Assembly (NCBI RefSeq): GCF_001194135.2
Contig: NC_068984.1
Span: 62,166,202-62,230,201 of the forward strand
Reading direction: 5' to 3'
Length of the DNA stretch: 64,000 nucleotides
Source: Octopus bimaculoides
Taxonomy: Eukaryota
The notes beneath the pieces were generated by a model. The model saw nothing but the letters and a program-made list of their open reading frames with translations, was not told where the DNA came from and made no database searches. Positions 1-13,057 of the stretch are shown piece by piece (within the stretch, counting starts at the first letter, position 1; each line of letters starts with the position of its first letter). A program made the position numbers and the translations under genes.

Positions 1-995
1 GCAAACAAATGCCGGTGTGGGACACACCGTTCTATGGTTGATTGTTATCGTGGTGAATTTATGTGGAGAATGAGATATGAGAAAGACAATTTATTTTATA
101 AAATAAGATAATTTATTTTCTAAAATTCTAGAGTGTATTGTACACTTTTGTTCGTTAGTATTTAAGTAATAAATGTCTGTTTTAAGCAACGTTTTGACTA
201 GTATTTCTAGCAACTCCTGTTAGTTTGCTCGTAGATTTTAAGTATTTAATTTGCTCGTGAATGTTGTAATGTTTTTAATTGTTTTCCCTGTTTATTTTGC
301 TCGTGTATTTTTCAATATTCTGACTGTCATTTCTAGCAACTCACGTTTGATTGCTTGTAGCTTTTAAATATTTAATTTGTTCGTGAATCTTTTAATGTTT
401 TTCATTGTTTATTGTAGCCAGTTTAATATTTTGACATGTCGATACCCCCGCTTCTTTCTTGCTGTTGTGACAGATGATGGAAGAGGCAGCGAACTCACTG
501 TTTTCTGACTAGCTGACTATTCTGAAAATTATTAAAATTTTAACACCTGTAACATTTCTGCAAAGTTTTTTCTGAAATGACTGAATAACAAATTCGAATT
601 CAGCGTCAAAAATTACATCTATATAATACATTAACGATGTTTTTTTTTAAAGATTCGCAGTGACCTTAAGCACAAAGATCCCTTACTAGGATATAGTCTA
701 ACACAGTGTGGCGAGCGTGTTTACATGTGTTGTGCGAGTGACGTAGACGTTACATAGTTAAAATACATCATTTCCTGCGGTGACAAGAACAAAGATGAAC
801 CAGGACAAGTCGGGGGGCCTGCAGCTCAGCAACTGGAAAGACAGGTCCATGCCAACCGGCGGCGTTGTAGGCACTGAACGGAAGGGACTGGTTAAATTGC
901 TCTGTGGTTATTTATTGTACACTCGATATTGTCCCAAACCCCATTTGTCCCTAGTGTTAGTTTTGTGTTCGGCACTTGTCACCAACAGAAAATTC

Positions 996-997
996 AT

Positions 998-1044
<47 letters not shown>

Positions 1045-1050
1045 GAAATA

Positions 1051-1084
<34 letters not shown>

Positions 1085-1112
1085 CAGCAAAAACAAGAAA
1101 AAAATCAATAAT
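996..1112. repeat. Compound trinucleotide microsatellite (TAC)n-(GAT)n-(AAT)n
   Basis: Directly visible. It explains the poly-T/D/L/M/V/S ORFs at 780-1215. Confidence 0.97.
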
Positions 1113-1114
1113 AA

Positions 1115-2005
1115 TAATAATTCATTGTTTTATTGGCCACAAGTCCTCATACAATATTACATTAAAAGACATAACATTAAAAACAGGACGAGACAATAAG
1201 TTTTACAACGTGTAAACAACATAAATAACGATTAATAATTAAGCAATTTAAAACTCCCAATAGGGGAGGCACTTTAAGGACCGTGGAAAAATCCACAAAT
1301 GCCACGGGTACCTGAACAACAAGACAAGAGACCTCTTTTGCTTACAGGTGCACGCTCAGAATTGGTCCTTTCACACTGGCCATTCTTCCAACATTCACCC
1401 ACCTTTCAACAAACGTGCTACAAGGTAACACTTCCCTCTTCATCCTCGACTTCGTTTCCAAGTGAAACTTGAAAAAGTTGAGGGATTCGCCAAAGAGGAA
1501 CGTGTCTGTGTTTAGCCTTTTCAAACGGGTCCTCCATACTACCTCTTTCGCTGCAGCCACTAGACAAATAAAAATTGCCTGCTCCTCACAGCCAAAAGAG
1601 TGTGGTGGGGCAATCTTCACAATGGATTCAGCTGATAGCCGGAACTGTCCCACACGTGACAGCAGGTGTTCGACATAAACCCACAAGTCAACAATGCTCG
1701 GGCACTGGACTAGGGCGTGTAGAACGGTTTCATCGTTCTAGGTTCACCTCAGACAGGCCCGGCTGCCGGTACGTCTATGCCTGTAAACTTTATCCCGAAC
1801 AGCAGCGCCACTTGTTAACACTGCCAGGCAAGGGATTTCTGGAAGATATTCATATGCCAATGCCCGAAGCTTCTCCGAAACAGTCTGGTTAGCTTATCTT
1901 CACCGACACCCAGAGTTTCCCCGAGAACGTCGTCGCATTTTCCTTCCACTAGTCCTCTATAGAACGCTAAAGTCGAACTACTACCGACCGCCGAATGTCC
2001 ATGGT
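1115..2005 (-). mobile_element. L1/Tx1-type LINE, 5'-truncated 3' end (ORF2 C-terminus with zf-RVT-like region, 3' UTR, polyA signal), disrupted
   Basis: Minus-strand translation gives FYRGLVEGKCDDVLGETLGV...FQKSLAWQC, then VRDKVYRH..ACLR...ETVLHALVQCPSIVDLWVYVEHLL, continuing into ORF 1342-1686 (LVAAAKEVVWRTR...FFKFHL...RWVNVGRMA). This is the C-x2-C...H-x4-C...W zinc-binding tail typical of L1/Tx1 ORF2. AATAAA followed by (ATT)n on the minus strand near 1110-1135. Confidence 0.8.
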
Positions 2006-2009
2006 TGTC

Positions 2010-2420
2010 ACAGGAAAAATATAAAAACTGGAGAGATGACTAAGTTGTAAAAGTTTTACACAGGAAGTTTTGCCAGATATGGGGATTTGAAGCTGGAAAC
2101 ACATGGTATGAACTCGAAAGAGTGCTGGAGCCGGAGAAATTTGAGATTTTGTGGGACTTTCCTATTCAAACAGATAAGAAGTTAGAAAATAATAGACTAG
2201 ACAAAAAATAATTGACAAGAAAAAGCGTAGTCGCTTTCCAATTGATCCATCATGTCCGTTTGATTCCAGGATCGTAAAGAAAGAAGACAAAAAAAAAATG
2301 CTATCCTTTAAATTTGAAATGGCAAGGCAAGAATTTTGAATATGAAAACTGTAAAGGTTATGCCTATAATAATTGGTGCATTGGGAACTGTAAGCAAAGA
2401 TATAGACAAATGTTTGACAC
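2010..2420 (+). mobile_element. R4/Dong-like (RLE) non-LTR retrotransposon C-terminal fragment, disrupted
   Basis: Frameshifted translation QEKYKNWR-D..VLH-K-CQIWGFEAGNTWYE..EKFEILWDFPIQTDKKLENNR-D..IDKKKR..FPIDPSCPFDSRIVKKE..MKTVKVMPIIIGALGTVSKD matches the RHD/LWD/RPD/IIIGALG layout of restriction-like endonuclease LINEs. Confidence 0.85.
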
Positions 2421-3300
2421 TGACATGCATATACAGGTATTTGTGTATGTATATATATATATGTGTGTGTGTGTGTGTTGGGGGGAGTGTATGTATAGAC
2501 GCAGTCTTCAACTTTTTTACAACCTTGTATGTTTCACCCAATATTCGGCACAATATTACTTATATATTTATCAACTTCGAGTTCTAACTTCACTCTTTTA
2601 CATATGGAATCCATGTGTTTGTGTTGTTACACGTCTTCACCCAGCAGTGCTGAATTCATTATCCTTAGAACTATCTCAACGACAGATCTGGTATATAAGG
2701 ACATCATACGATAAACTTACTGGCGTGTATAATCTGTAGTCAAGCTGTAGATAATTAGAATCGTGCGAAGTAGAGTTCTATTAAATACATGCAAGTACAA
2801 TGATAAATGACACGTTCTAGTACACTTGAATCTTGGGAACGCCTTTCGTTGTGAACACACTGTGCGGAGATATTTCTCTTCTCAGGCAACATGGGTTCTT
2901 ACGCTTCATCAGCTCCGAGAACCGAATTTACCATTCAGAGCCCTATGAAAACGATACTTATAATATAAAAGAAGAGCAACCAGTAAATTTGCATAGGGTA
3001 AATATTTGATAACAAGCAATTTCTTTTGATGGAAAGAGAAACAGAATTCCCAGTTGATTCTCTACACTAGTATGATACTATTTTTAATATGTGCTCGACC
3101 ATTATAATAATATTTACCTCGACCAATAATTATTACAATTGATAGAGTTTGCTTCTACAGCAGGTATCTTAAAATGTAGTGCCTGGGCATTAAAGTGTAT
3201 ATAATGTATCTAATTACATTTTATTTCCAGCAAGCTTTCTAAGATTAATTAATGCGAAAGCAGATGGCTCTCATTATGGCATTCAATAACGTTGATATTT

Positions 3301-3669
3301 AGCTCCAGTAGACAAACGCCAAAATGCAAAATTAATTATCTTCGAAACCGAAAGCAGACGTTGGTCCATTGGATATCCATGATATACAGAAGGAAAGACT
3401 AACATAGTTGTTTGCTTTTGAATAAATATTTCTATTCGTGAACTAATAAGATGAATAATGCTTCATATTAAGTGAGTCATTACTTTAACTCCAGTAGACG
3501 AACCCCAAAATGCAAAATTAATTTATCTTCCAAACCGGAAGTAGACATTAGCACATTGGACATACAAAATATGCATAGGATAAACTGACATAGCTGTTTA
3601 CTTTTGAATAAATATTTCTGTTCGTGAACTAATATGATGAATAATACTTCATATTAAGCAAGTCATTAT
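3301..3669. repeat. Diverged tandem duplication, 2 x ~187 bp
   Basis: CTCCAGTAGAC...AAATGCAAAATTAATT...CTTTTGAATAAATATTTCT.TTCGTGAACTAATA.GATGAATAAT.CTTCATATTAAG occurs at ~3303 and ~3490. Confidence 0.9.
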
Positions 3670-4597
3670 GCTCATTATGAATGCGAAAGAGAAAAATTGT
3701 TGAATTTCTCAGAAGCATGCAATACTATATTTTCTTAAAATAATACTATTTTAAGTAATACTTCATCGATCGATATAAACAGAAATATATTTTAAGACCA
3801 GCATTGGTGTAATATACTGTTTTCTACTCGATATAAAAATGAATAACAAAAATGTTTTAGCAGCCCAGATAGTCACAGAAATTTTAGCTCATTTCTCATA
3901 TATGAATCATTAGAGATACTTCACTCCCAATTGCACTCAGCATATATTGCAATTAAATTAAATACACGACTAATACAAATTTAGCACTTTAGAAGATTTT
4001 AGGCGGCAGTGGACTTTACAATTATCAGCAACTCGTTAATCTTTATAAGGACGGCATGAAATCTATGTAATTACATGCCATATTTTAAATGAAACTAATT
4101 TCTACTAATTCATAACGACAATATAATTTTAGCAACTATATCCATGGAGAATAGAACAGCCCTTGTGCGGTGTTTTCTCAGAATTTAACACATTACGATC
4201 CAAAAGTGGCTTAGATATACGGATAGGGATATAACAGTGCTCATCAACTATTTTTGCACTTGGGCACCTGAAATTGCTATTTTACTCTGGTGGATCCTGT
4301 AGGTATTTGATATTTAAAAACAAATTTCATAGAAATTTCTTTTAAACGTATTATTTTAGTTTTCACACATTAACTTTTGTAAGTTGAACTATGTAAAGTG
4401 TTAAAGACACAAACCTAATTGTTTTTTGCCAGTATATACATAATACGTACTTTATTAGGTATATATANNNNNNNNNNNNNNNNNNNNNNNNNNNNNNNNN
4501 NNNNNNNNNNNNNNNNNNNNNNNNNNNNNNNNNNNNNNNNNNNNNNNNNNNNNNNNNNNNNNNNNNNNNNNNNNNNNNNNNNNNNNNNNNNNNNNNN

Positions 4598-4630
<33 letters not shown>

Positions 4631-4639
4631 ATTATTATT

Positions 4640-5905
4640 ATTATTATTCCTACTACTATCGTATGTGTTACTTTTATTTCTGTTATTATTTATATTTCCT
4701 GCAACTGTAGTATCATTCAAACTCATCTCAGCATCAACAGGCATTGTGTCACTAATCCCTGTACTAGTATAAACATCGGAAATACAGTTTATATTGCACA
4801 TAACAGATGTGTTAGTACTGATGTTTCTAATTCCTACATCACCATTAATATTATTCTCATTGTAAGGGTTTAAGTTAGTTTTGTTGTTTATAGTTTCAGC
4901 TCAGACCTGCGGCCATGCTGATGCACCGCCGTAATAATATTATTATTATTAGCCCCCCTCGCCGATTTTATATTATTTCTATTTGACCTGGCTATGATAG
5001 TAACCATATTGGGGAGGGTAGAATACGAGATTCTAACAGTCTTAGGAGAAAAGATTCTCTTATATCTATGGGAAGCAGGGAAGTTTTTTTCTAAAATTGC
5101 CACCATAAATTTCTTATATATGTTTGTGGATATGGCACCGTTGAAGGGAACGTTATACCAGACAAAATCATTATTTTCAGACCTATTACATATGTAAGGG
5201 AGGAATCTACCTGCTCTTTTAACGCCTCCCAAAATCGTGATTTGATTATTAAGTATGTCTATATTATCATTATTTTTCTTATAATTAGAGGGTGGCATAA
5301 TCCGCTCAGTTGACTCACTATCTTTATTATATAAACTAATATTCCTACTGGTTATAGCATCTAATTTTCTATTGTTGCTTAACTTTTTATTTAAATTGAT
5401 GGGTTTGTTGGATACTTTCATAGTAGGTTTGTTTTCCCGACCAAGTAAGCCTGTATTCCCTGTCTCACTTAATATCTCATTATTTCTACTATTAGCAGGT
5501 GTTATACTTTCAGGATTAAGAAAAGTAATTCCATGGTCGTATCCTGCCTTAGACAAAGCGAAGTTATAGTGGTGGAAATGGGTATTAAAGTGTATTTATT
5601 AGCTGATACTTTCGTAATTCTTTAGGGGTGTGTGATTTGATGATTTATTCACATACCTCGTAACTTCACCTAGTTTCCTATAGAGGTGGTATAATCCTGA
5701 GTTAATGTCTAATATAGTATCAAGAAATTTGCCACCATTTTGCCAAAATCCCAAAGTTGAAGCCTTTGAAAAAATTTCTATTTCTTTTCCTCATTCTTTC
5801 TATGACCGATTTGGTATAATAAATAGAGCAACATCTCTATATAAACCTCTCTGTAATTCAGGGATTTCATTATTAAGTTACTTTAAGAGACACGCACCAA
5901 CTTTC
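4640..5905 (-). mobile_element. Penelope-like element remnant, Naiad-type RT C-terminal half and linker, with Asn-rich insertions
   Basis: Minus strand: GLYRDVAL (degenerate GLYRDDGL RT core, ~5830-5855), KFLDTILDINSGLYHLYRK..YVNKSSNHTP, YNFALSKAGY, then WYNVPFNGAISTNIYKKFMVAILEKNFPASHRYKRIFSPKTVRISYSTLPNMVTII (ORF 4888-5556). These match the WFNPPY..TNIG..FL..HFP..KIFN.NTVK.SYS signature of Naiad-type PLEs. Confidence 0.8.
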
Positions 5906-7154
5906 TTTCTATCTTTCTTTCTTTTTTTCTTTCTCCTTTTTGTTCTCATCATTTTCTTTTCCATCGGTGTAAGTCCATGCATGTGTTTTGATTCCAGACA
6001 AAATACTATGAACTATAATGAAATTATTTTATATACATACTAAGCTATACTATACTCAAATTATTGTTAATCAAATAAATAATCTATTCTTGAACTTCTT
6101 ATAAGCATCAAGCTCAAAATATATGTACAAATATATATGTTAAAAACACAATATATTTTCTTCTAATATTGTCACAGCAAAAAGCCAGAGAGTTATAACC
6201 ATCACATAAAATATCAAATGTAAATATAACAGTTTGTTGTCGATGCGAAATACTGCGGATAAGAGCATAAGCTATTTGGGCGATATATTATTTTGTTGTG
6301 TGATTCGTCTGAACTAATGTCTAAAGAAATAACGTTTTTGCTTATATATTTTTTTCAAATACGCAGTTATTTGTACTTACAGTAAGTCAAACTCTGTAGT
6401 GTTCAAAATTACTTTACATCTTCACCCACGTCCTCATTCGCTAGTATCTTTTGTTTACCTTGAAAATTGTTTCACTAATAATAAAAATATAGATTACTGT
6501 TTCAAGTATTAAGTATTCTAAACACTGAATGTGTTAAAATGTACNNNNNNNNNNNNNNNNNNNNNNNNNNNNNNNNNNNNNNNNNNNNNNNNNNNNNNNN
6601 NNNNNNNNNNNNNNNNNNNNNNNNNNNNNNNNNNNNNNNNNNNNNNNNNNNNNNNNNNNNNNNNNNNNNNNNNNNNNNNNNNNNNNNNNNNNNNNNNNNN
6701 NNNNNNNNNNNNNNNNNNNNNNNNNNNNNTCTGTTGGGTGATGCGTGTGTGTGCATGTGTATACATGTATGTCTATTTAAATGTATGTGCATGTGTGTAT
6801 GTAAAATATCAAAACAAGTGAAAAAAATCACGGTCAGCATTATCAAAATTAGAAAGACAAAATATTTTTTACTATTTGGAGCTTCAAAAATCATTCCTTG
6901 GAGCGTCTCAGACGATTGAAAAACACGCAGCATGGAGTCTACCACACAATGAAGATATAGAAAAAGATTAAATTTCATAACGAACACTGCTGGCATCACA
7001 AGAAATAAGGTTATGTTATTATTTGATAACAATATTTTCGTTATTTAAAACATAAATCCTGATTGACATTTAGAGTGGTACAGTGGAGACTATACAAAAC
7101 AATAGTACACACAAAGACATACGTATGTGAACAACTATATATGTATTATTTTGT

Positions 7155-7280
7155 TATTTTAATTGTTTCGGTCATTAGACTGCGGCTATACTGGGGTACC
7201 GCCTTCAAGGATTTTGGTCAAATGAATCGACCCCAGTGCTTTAAAATTTTGCTTAAGCCTGGTAGTTATTCTGTCGGCCC
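7155..7280 (-). mobile_element. SINE 3' module, partial and diverged
   Basis: Reverse complement aligns with 9070-9187 (GACTGCGGC..CTGG.G.ACCGCCTT....ATCGA.CCCAG). Confidence 0.75.
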
Positions 7281-8672
7281 TAGATATAGATGTGTGTAAT
7301 TTTCCCTTGTTAACAATTAACACGGATAAAAGACATGACAAAGACATTTCATTGAGTTAAATACTGAAGGGTTTCTAGGATATCCCAGCTATTAGAACAT
7401 CGTGTCGGGCAAAGTTCTTTGGAACTACTACCATCCTTTTTTCCTCGCCATAGACTGCTATTTAATCATTCTCTTTGGTCAGGGATTTATCTCAGGAATA
7501 TCCTATCTAACTGGATTTTGATTGAATTTCTCCTCCCTTTCTAGACATAATGCACCATAACAACTATCACTGACGGGCAACTTTCTCCCGCTGATACATA
7601 TGTTTAAACTATTTCTCTCCGATGACGGGATATTCAGCATATAGGAACTTGATGATGAAATTCATTACCTTACAGTTGTTTCTGCCATGAGATGCAACGC
7701 ACTCGTGGTCGAATGCTAGTGTATCACTCTGTAGGTTCACCGGAGCTTCAAAAATGAAGTGTAATTTGATTTGGTTAAGCGTTTACATTTAAATATGTTT
7801 ACAGAAAATAATTACCCAAGAAAAAGCATAAACGTATGAGGTAAACGACGTCAGAGGTTTGAAGGAGAGAAGCCTCTCACATAAATGGATTAAGATAAAA
7901 TTCTATCCATACACGTGTATAAGGATAGGAATTTGAAGAACGGCTATTTCAATATTCGGCTCATGTCTACTACTGAAAGAAAGGCAATTAGAGATATTAG
8001 TGCTGCACCGAAATGATTCATGGCAACTTGTTATTCGTTCTACCAATATCAGAAGCTATGTAGACCTTTAAAAATGGTTTCGACGTGAATCGAAGGTAGT
8101 TGACAAAATTGGCTTTAAGGCACGCATCTCTGTTAGAATAATTTCATTTGTCATGAGTTATATCATATTCCTCAACTTGGATTTAACATCAGATAGATTG
8201 AATGCTCGGTAAACCATACTAACTACCAGAGAACGCCGTAATCATCGCCCTTTTATATGAATTTGTATTGGCATGAAAATATAGGAAAAACACAGATGAT
8301 GATAAAGACATGTAACCTGGAAAAATTAATTCCATGTATCCAATGCCGTTGAAAAGATTAAAAAACTGCAATATTCGTAATCATTTATCGGAAGGAAGCG
8401 CATTATCACTGTCTGTTCATGTAATATCACAGATTAGAATTTCTTTGAAACATTGATTTTACCGAATAGAAAGAGAAATTAAAATATAGGGGAAATTTGA
8501 ATATTTGGTCGTTTAGTTCTTTAAAAGATGCTGTATAGGATAGATTATCATCTTTCTTCTGAAATAGAACCAACTTAGCACTGAGCATCGAAGCTGTGTA
8601 TGTGTCCTTGTGTGTGTACGTTTTTATATGCCTATGTGTATATAAATATATGTAAGCATGTATATATGTATA

Positions 8673-8728
<56 letters not shown>

Positions 8729-9001
8729 NNNNNNNNNNNNNNNNNNNNNNNNNNNNNNNNNNNNNNNNNNNNNNNNNNNNNNNNNNNNNNNNNNNNNNNN
8801 NNNNNNNNNNNNNNNNNNNNNNNNNNNNNNNNNNNNNNNNNNNNNNNNNNNNNNNNNNNNNNNNNNNNNNNNNNNNNNNNNNNNNNNNNNNNNNNNNNNN
8901 NNNNNNNNNNNNNNNNNNNNNNNNNNNNNNNNNNNNNNNNNNNNNNNNNNNNNNNNNNNNNNNNNNNNNNNNNNNNNNNNNNNNNNNNNNNNNNNNNNNN
9001 N

Positions 9002-9187
9002 GTTTGTGTGTCTGTGTTTGACAACCAATGTTGGTGTATTTACGTCCCCGTAAATTAGCGGTTCGGCAAAAGAGACCGATAGAATAAGTACTAGGCTTGT
9101 AAAGAATAAGTCCTGGGATCGATTTGTTCGATTAAAGGCGGTGCTCCAGCATGGCCGCAGTCAAATGACTGCAACAAATAAAAGAAT
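9002..9187 (+). mobile_element. SINE 3' module (post-microsatellite half of the bipartite tRNA-derived SINE also seen at 49983-50375)
   Basis: TTGACAACC.AT.TTGGTGT.TT.ACGTCCCCGTAA.TTAGCGGT.CG.CAAAAGA is shared with 50312-50368. Ends in an A-rich AAATAAAAGAATA tail. Confidence 0.8.
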
Positions 9188-9665
9188 ATATATTTTTCCA
9201 CATGCACGCAAGCGCGCGCTTACTCAAACAAACACACACAAATACACACGGTCACACATACATATATATAATATATATATACCTTAGTTTTAATGTGTTA
9301 ACACACCCACACATTTATGCATTGTAAAAGACTGCATGCGTGTGCTCTCATAGCATTAAAATCTAACCCACAGTGAAAGTTGCTGGGACAAGAACAGTCA
9401 AAGATACAAATGATCTTAATATAGGAGAACAGAAATAATCATGACCGAACACACAACAATGCATCTAGGTGTAAGGGACTGGCTCCTCAGAACATCAGCC
9501 TGTTTTATGGAAAACACAAAACTCCTTTTGCTATTAAGTCTTGAAGGTAACTAATGTAAAACCACCAGTCATCTTGATCTTGTATAATTTCTCAGTGGTG
9601 AAAATACTCCGAGAGTAATATTCAAATTGTAGAGGTGTCTGTCAATATAATATTTATGCTGTACA

Positions 9666-9886
9666 TACGATGTGGTACTGGAAAGTTCCTTGTTGTAAGG
9701 GTGTCGCGAATGGTCTAACTGGAGGCCTAAACTTCCGAGTTCTTTTACAAAACTTAGAAAACCTGATGGATTGCTGCAATAAGTGTGTGAATTTGAACGA
9801 GGAATATGTTGAATAAAATCATAATTAACCGATCTTCCTGCATTTTATTTTCACCACAGCCATGGACTTTCGGCACCCCTATCCTA
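9666..9886 (+). mobile_element. Tc1/mariner-derived MITE (~220 bp)
   Basis: Degenerate TIRs TACGATGTGGTACTGGAAAGTTCCTTG / AGCCATGGACTTTCGGCACCCCTATCCTA. The interior encodes LENLMDCCNKCVNLNEEYVE*, resembling the mariner transposase C-terminal L..RW.KCV...G.YVE* motif. Confidence 0.7.
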
Positions 9887-10679
9887 TATTCTAACATCGT
9901 GGTATTACAAGCATTTTAAAACATCACTTTATAAGTTCACGGTATTTAACTCTCTGGGGAGTGCATTATCTATTCCGGCCCTTCAATTACTCGGTGATCA
10001 CATGATTAGCTAGGAAGGGAATGGAATATGACGTTACGATTATTACATAGCATTAAAATGCTTGTTTACAGTAGCTGAAGTTTCATCATTTCTGTGGACG
10101 AAACAGTGTAAATATGTAAACAAACTGCTATGTAAATCCCCGAATACTGTTTGAAACTAGTGTCGTTGATAGAAATGTAGTTAATCCCGTATAAGTCTTA
10201 AAATATAACCATTTGCATGAAAGTGTAAGAAGCTAGGTGATAGGTTGCTATGACTGTTTGTGCATATTTTGAAATGATAATCCCAGCTTGATATTGGCAA
10301 TTGATGTGTTACTAACACCTTCCCAGTTAGGATTAATAAAGTTAACTTCATTACAGGCAGGTATTTTCATATATATTCACAAAATATCGATTCTTGGGCA
10401 TTGGTTTCATTTCTCTGTGTTGAGTTTCTGCTCCAAGAGTCTCTGTAAATTCGTAACTGGACAAGCCTCAACAAAATAAGAGACTATCTAGGATCTCATC
10501 CGTTCCTTATCTATATGTATAGTTATATAAATACATACAATTTCATAGGATTCGAAGAATTGAGTGGCCATCGCAGAAAGCCCCTCTTACGGACTCAACT
10601 AAGTTTACATTACAATACACACACATACACACATACACACACACGCACACACATACGTGTGTGTGTGTATGTATATATT

Positions 10680-12810
10680 CACACCGACAGCCCGCAGAGA
10701 CAATCAAAGTGAAATTAAAGATAGCGTTACCGAGTTCTGCAGGAAATTAAAACTTGCAGAGGCACTGACCGACTTTGATGATCACAAAAACCAATACACC
10801 CCCACAAAGAAGGAAACAATAGCCTTGATGACTTTTGCAAAGCCTTGATGAATTTTGTAAACTTTCACTATCACACCCTGCACAAACAAAACAAAACCAT
10901 CCCAAACCTCAACAAAATCCATTGCAAAGAAATTAATGAACTACAAAACAATAAAAAATTACAATCGATGAAGCGGACAAAGGCAGTGCAGTGGTAATTA
11001 TGGACACATCCTACTACAGAAATCTAGTCATGTCCTTATTAAACAACAATGAGTATTATGAAGAAATCAACAGTTACAATCCCAACAAAATAATGAAAAG
11101 CCCCTCTTCACTAATACATACCCACGAGAAAGACCTCACAAAAAAGGAAGTAGATTTCCTCAGAAATTTCAAATACAAACCCAGCCTTTTCAATGGCCGC
11201 CCCAAAATCCACAAAAGCCCAACCATCAATGAAGCCATCAACAACTTACCACATACATACACCAACACCAGGACACAAAAAAAAAGACCTATCATAGCTG
11301 GCCCATCCTGTGAGACACACTGATTAAGTTACTTCATGGACATTCTCCTGAAGACATATCCAAAACATAGAAGCTACATCACAGATGATTTAGACATGCT
11401 GAACTATCTCCCAGACCAGGTCGGGGAGGAATTTCTCATGGTTTCCTTCGTTGTTATAAACCTATACTCCAATATCCCTCATGACTATTGAATAGAAGCG
11501 ATTCGATTCTGGCTAGAACAACATCCAGAGGAAATACCAGAACAAATAAACAAATCCTTCATCACTGAATCAATTAAATTCATTCTCCAGAATAATCATT
11601 TCATTTTTGACACCAACTGCTACCACTAAATATCGGCAATTGTGATGGGCACGAGAGCAGCAACTACCATTGTCAACTTCACAATGGGATTCTTACAGAA
11701 AAAATATATCAGAATTCCCTGCGAACATTTGGAGACCCTGTCGTTCAATACATTAATGAGAATTGGAAGAGATACGTGGATGACTGTTTCATACTATGGA
11801 ATAACAACTTAAACAAACTCCTAAAATTTAATACACTTCTGAACAGCTTCCACACAAGCATTCAATTTACAATGGAATACAACCAGGAGGCACTGCCATT
11901 CCAAGACATTCTAATTAACAAAACGTCCAACAACAAGATCGAAACAGACATATTTTATAAAATAACAGATGCATAACAATACCTTCTCTTGAGCTCTTGC
12001 CATCCTAGACACACAAAAACAAACATACCCTTCAACCTTGCAAGAAAATCTACACAATTGTCTCAGAGAAAAAAAAATAGAGAGTTAAGACTACAAGAAC
12101 TGAAAAACGTCCTTCTGCATAGACACTACCCAATCCAACACATTAATGAAGGAATAAAACGTACCAAATCTATCAACACCGAGACATTAAGAAAAACCAA
12201 AGACATTAACAAACTTCTCCTTAAAACACTACCCTACATTTCCACATACAACCCCAGAAACAAAGAAGCATTCAGCACAATCATACAAAACCTACCAATA
12301 TATTACACAAGGAGCCAAAACTAAAAAAAAAAAATTTACGTGACATTAAAATTGTCAAAAGCAACAAACAACCTAAGTCATTGAAGAAACTGCTAACTAA
12401 TGCAGCCCTAAAGTAAAAAGAATGTAATCGCCCCAACTGTGGGACATGACCCAACCTTTTGGAAGTGTCAGAATACTATTTTAAACAAGGGCAACACTTT
12501 ACAATTAAATCAAATTTCACTTGTGCATCCGAGAATCTGATCTACGTAATCAGATGCTCGGGCTGCCAGAAAGACTATATTGGGGAATTCTATCCGTCAA
12601 CGTTGTACGGTGCATCCTCAACAGATAGCCTCACCATAATACGACCAAATTTATCTCAGTGAACATATCGACGTATGTACGAAACAAATGCAATCTAAAT
12701 TCACTATTTTCCCTCTATATAAATTTGCTGACTGCACTTCTACGCAAAACCGACACAATAAAGAGACATACTTCATCCAAAAATACAAATCTGAACTAAA
12801 CACCAATTCA
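10680..12810 (+). mobile_element. Penelope-like retroelement, Neptune-type, near-complete RT + GIY-YIG ORF with multiple stops and frameshifts
   Basis: ADKG-AVVIMD, GRPKIHK, RPIIAG, NLYSNIPH, MGTRAA, WKRYVDDCFILW (RT catalytic motif at ~11764-11800), IQFTME..LPFQDILI, TDIFYK-TD, SSCHPRHTKTNIPFNLAR, Cys-rich linker CNRPNCGT..NFTCASENLIYVIRCSGCQKDYIGE (GIY-YIG), ETYFIQKYKSELN. Confidence 0.93.
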
Positions 12811-13057
12811 TTTTAATTGTATTACTAATTGTCACTAAATTACTTGACTCCTGGACACCTATTCATATTCAAACCAGAATCACGACAGGTCCGACATGAC
12901 TCTTATGGAGAAAGTATTCATACCTTGAGAATGACTTTATCGTTCATTTTCATTTTCTATTGGACTGATTTATTTTATTCAATTATGGAATTTCAATATA
13001 GACAAAAAAAGTTATATATGTATACCAACCACAATTGTTATGCATAAATTACTGTTC

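Noticed and set aside
780-1215. ORFs with poly-T/D/L/M/V/S runs
   Set aside because: Translations of trinucleotide microsatellites. The same applies to all YIYI, CVCV, HTHT, ERER and X-rich ORFs in the track.
2860-2925. CUGAUGA (minus strand, 2908-2914) with CGGAG/CUCCG complementarity and a nearby GAAAUAUC
   Set aside because: No stem II pairing, and stem I is out of register with a valid NUH triplet, so it is not a supportable hammerhead.
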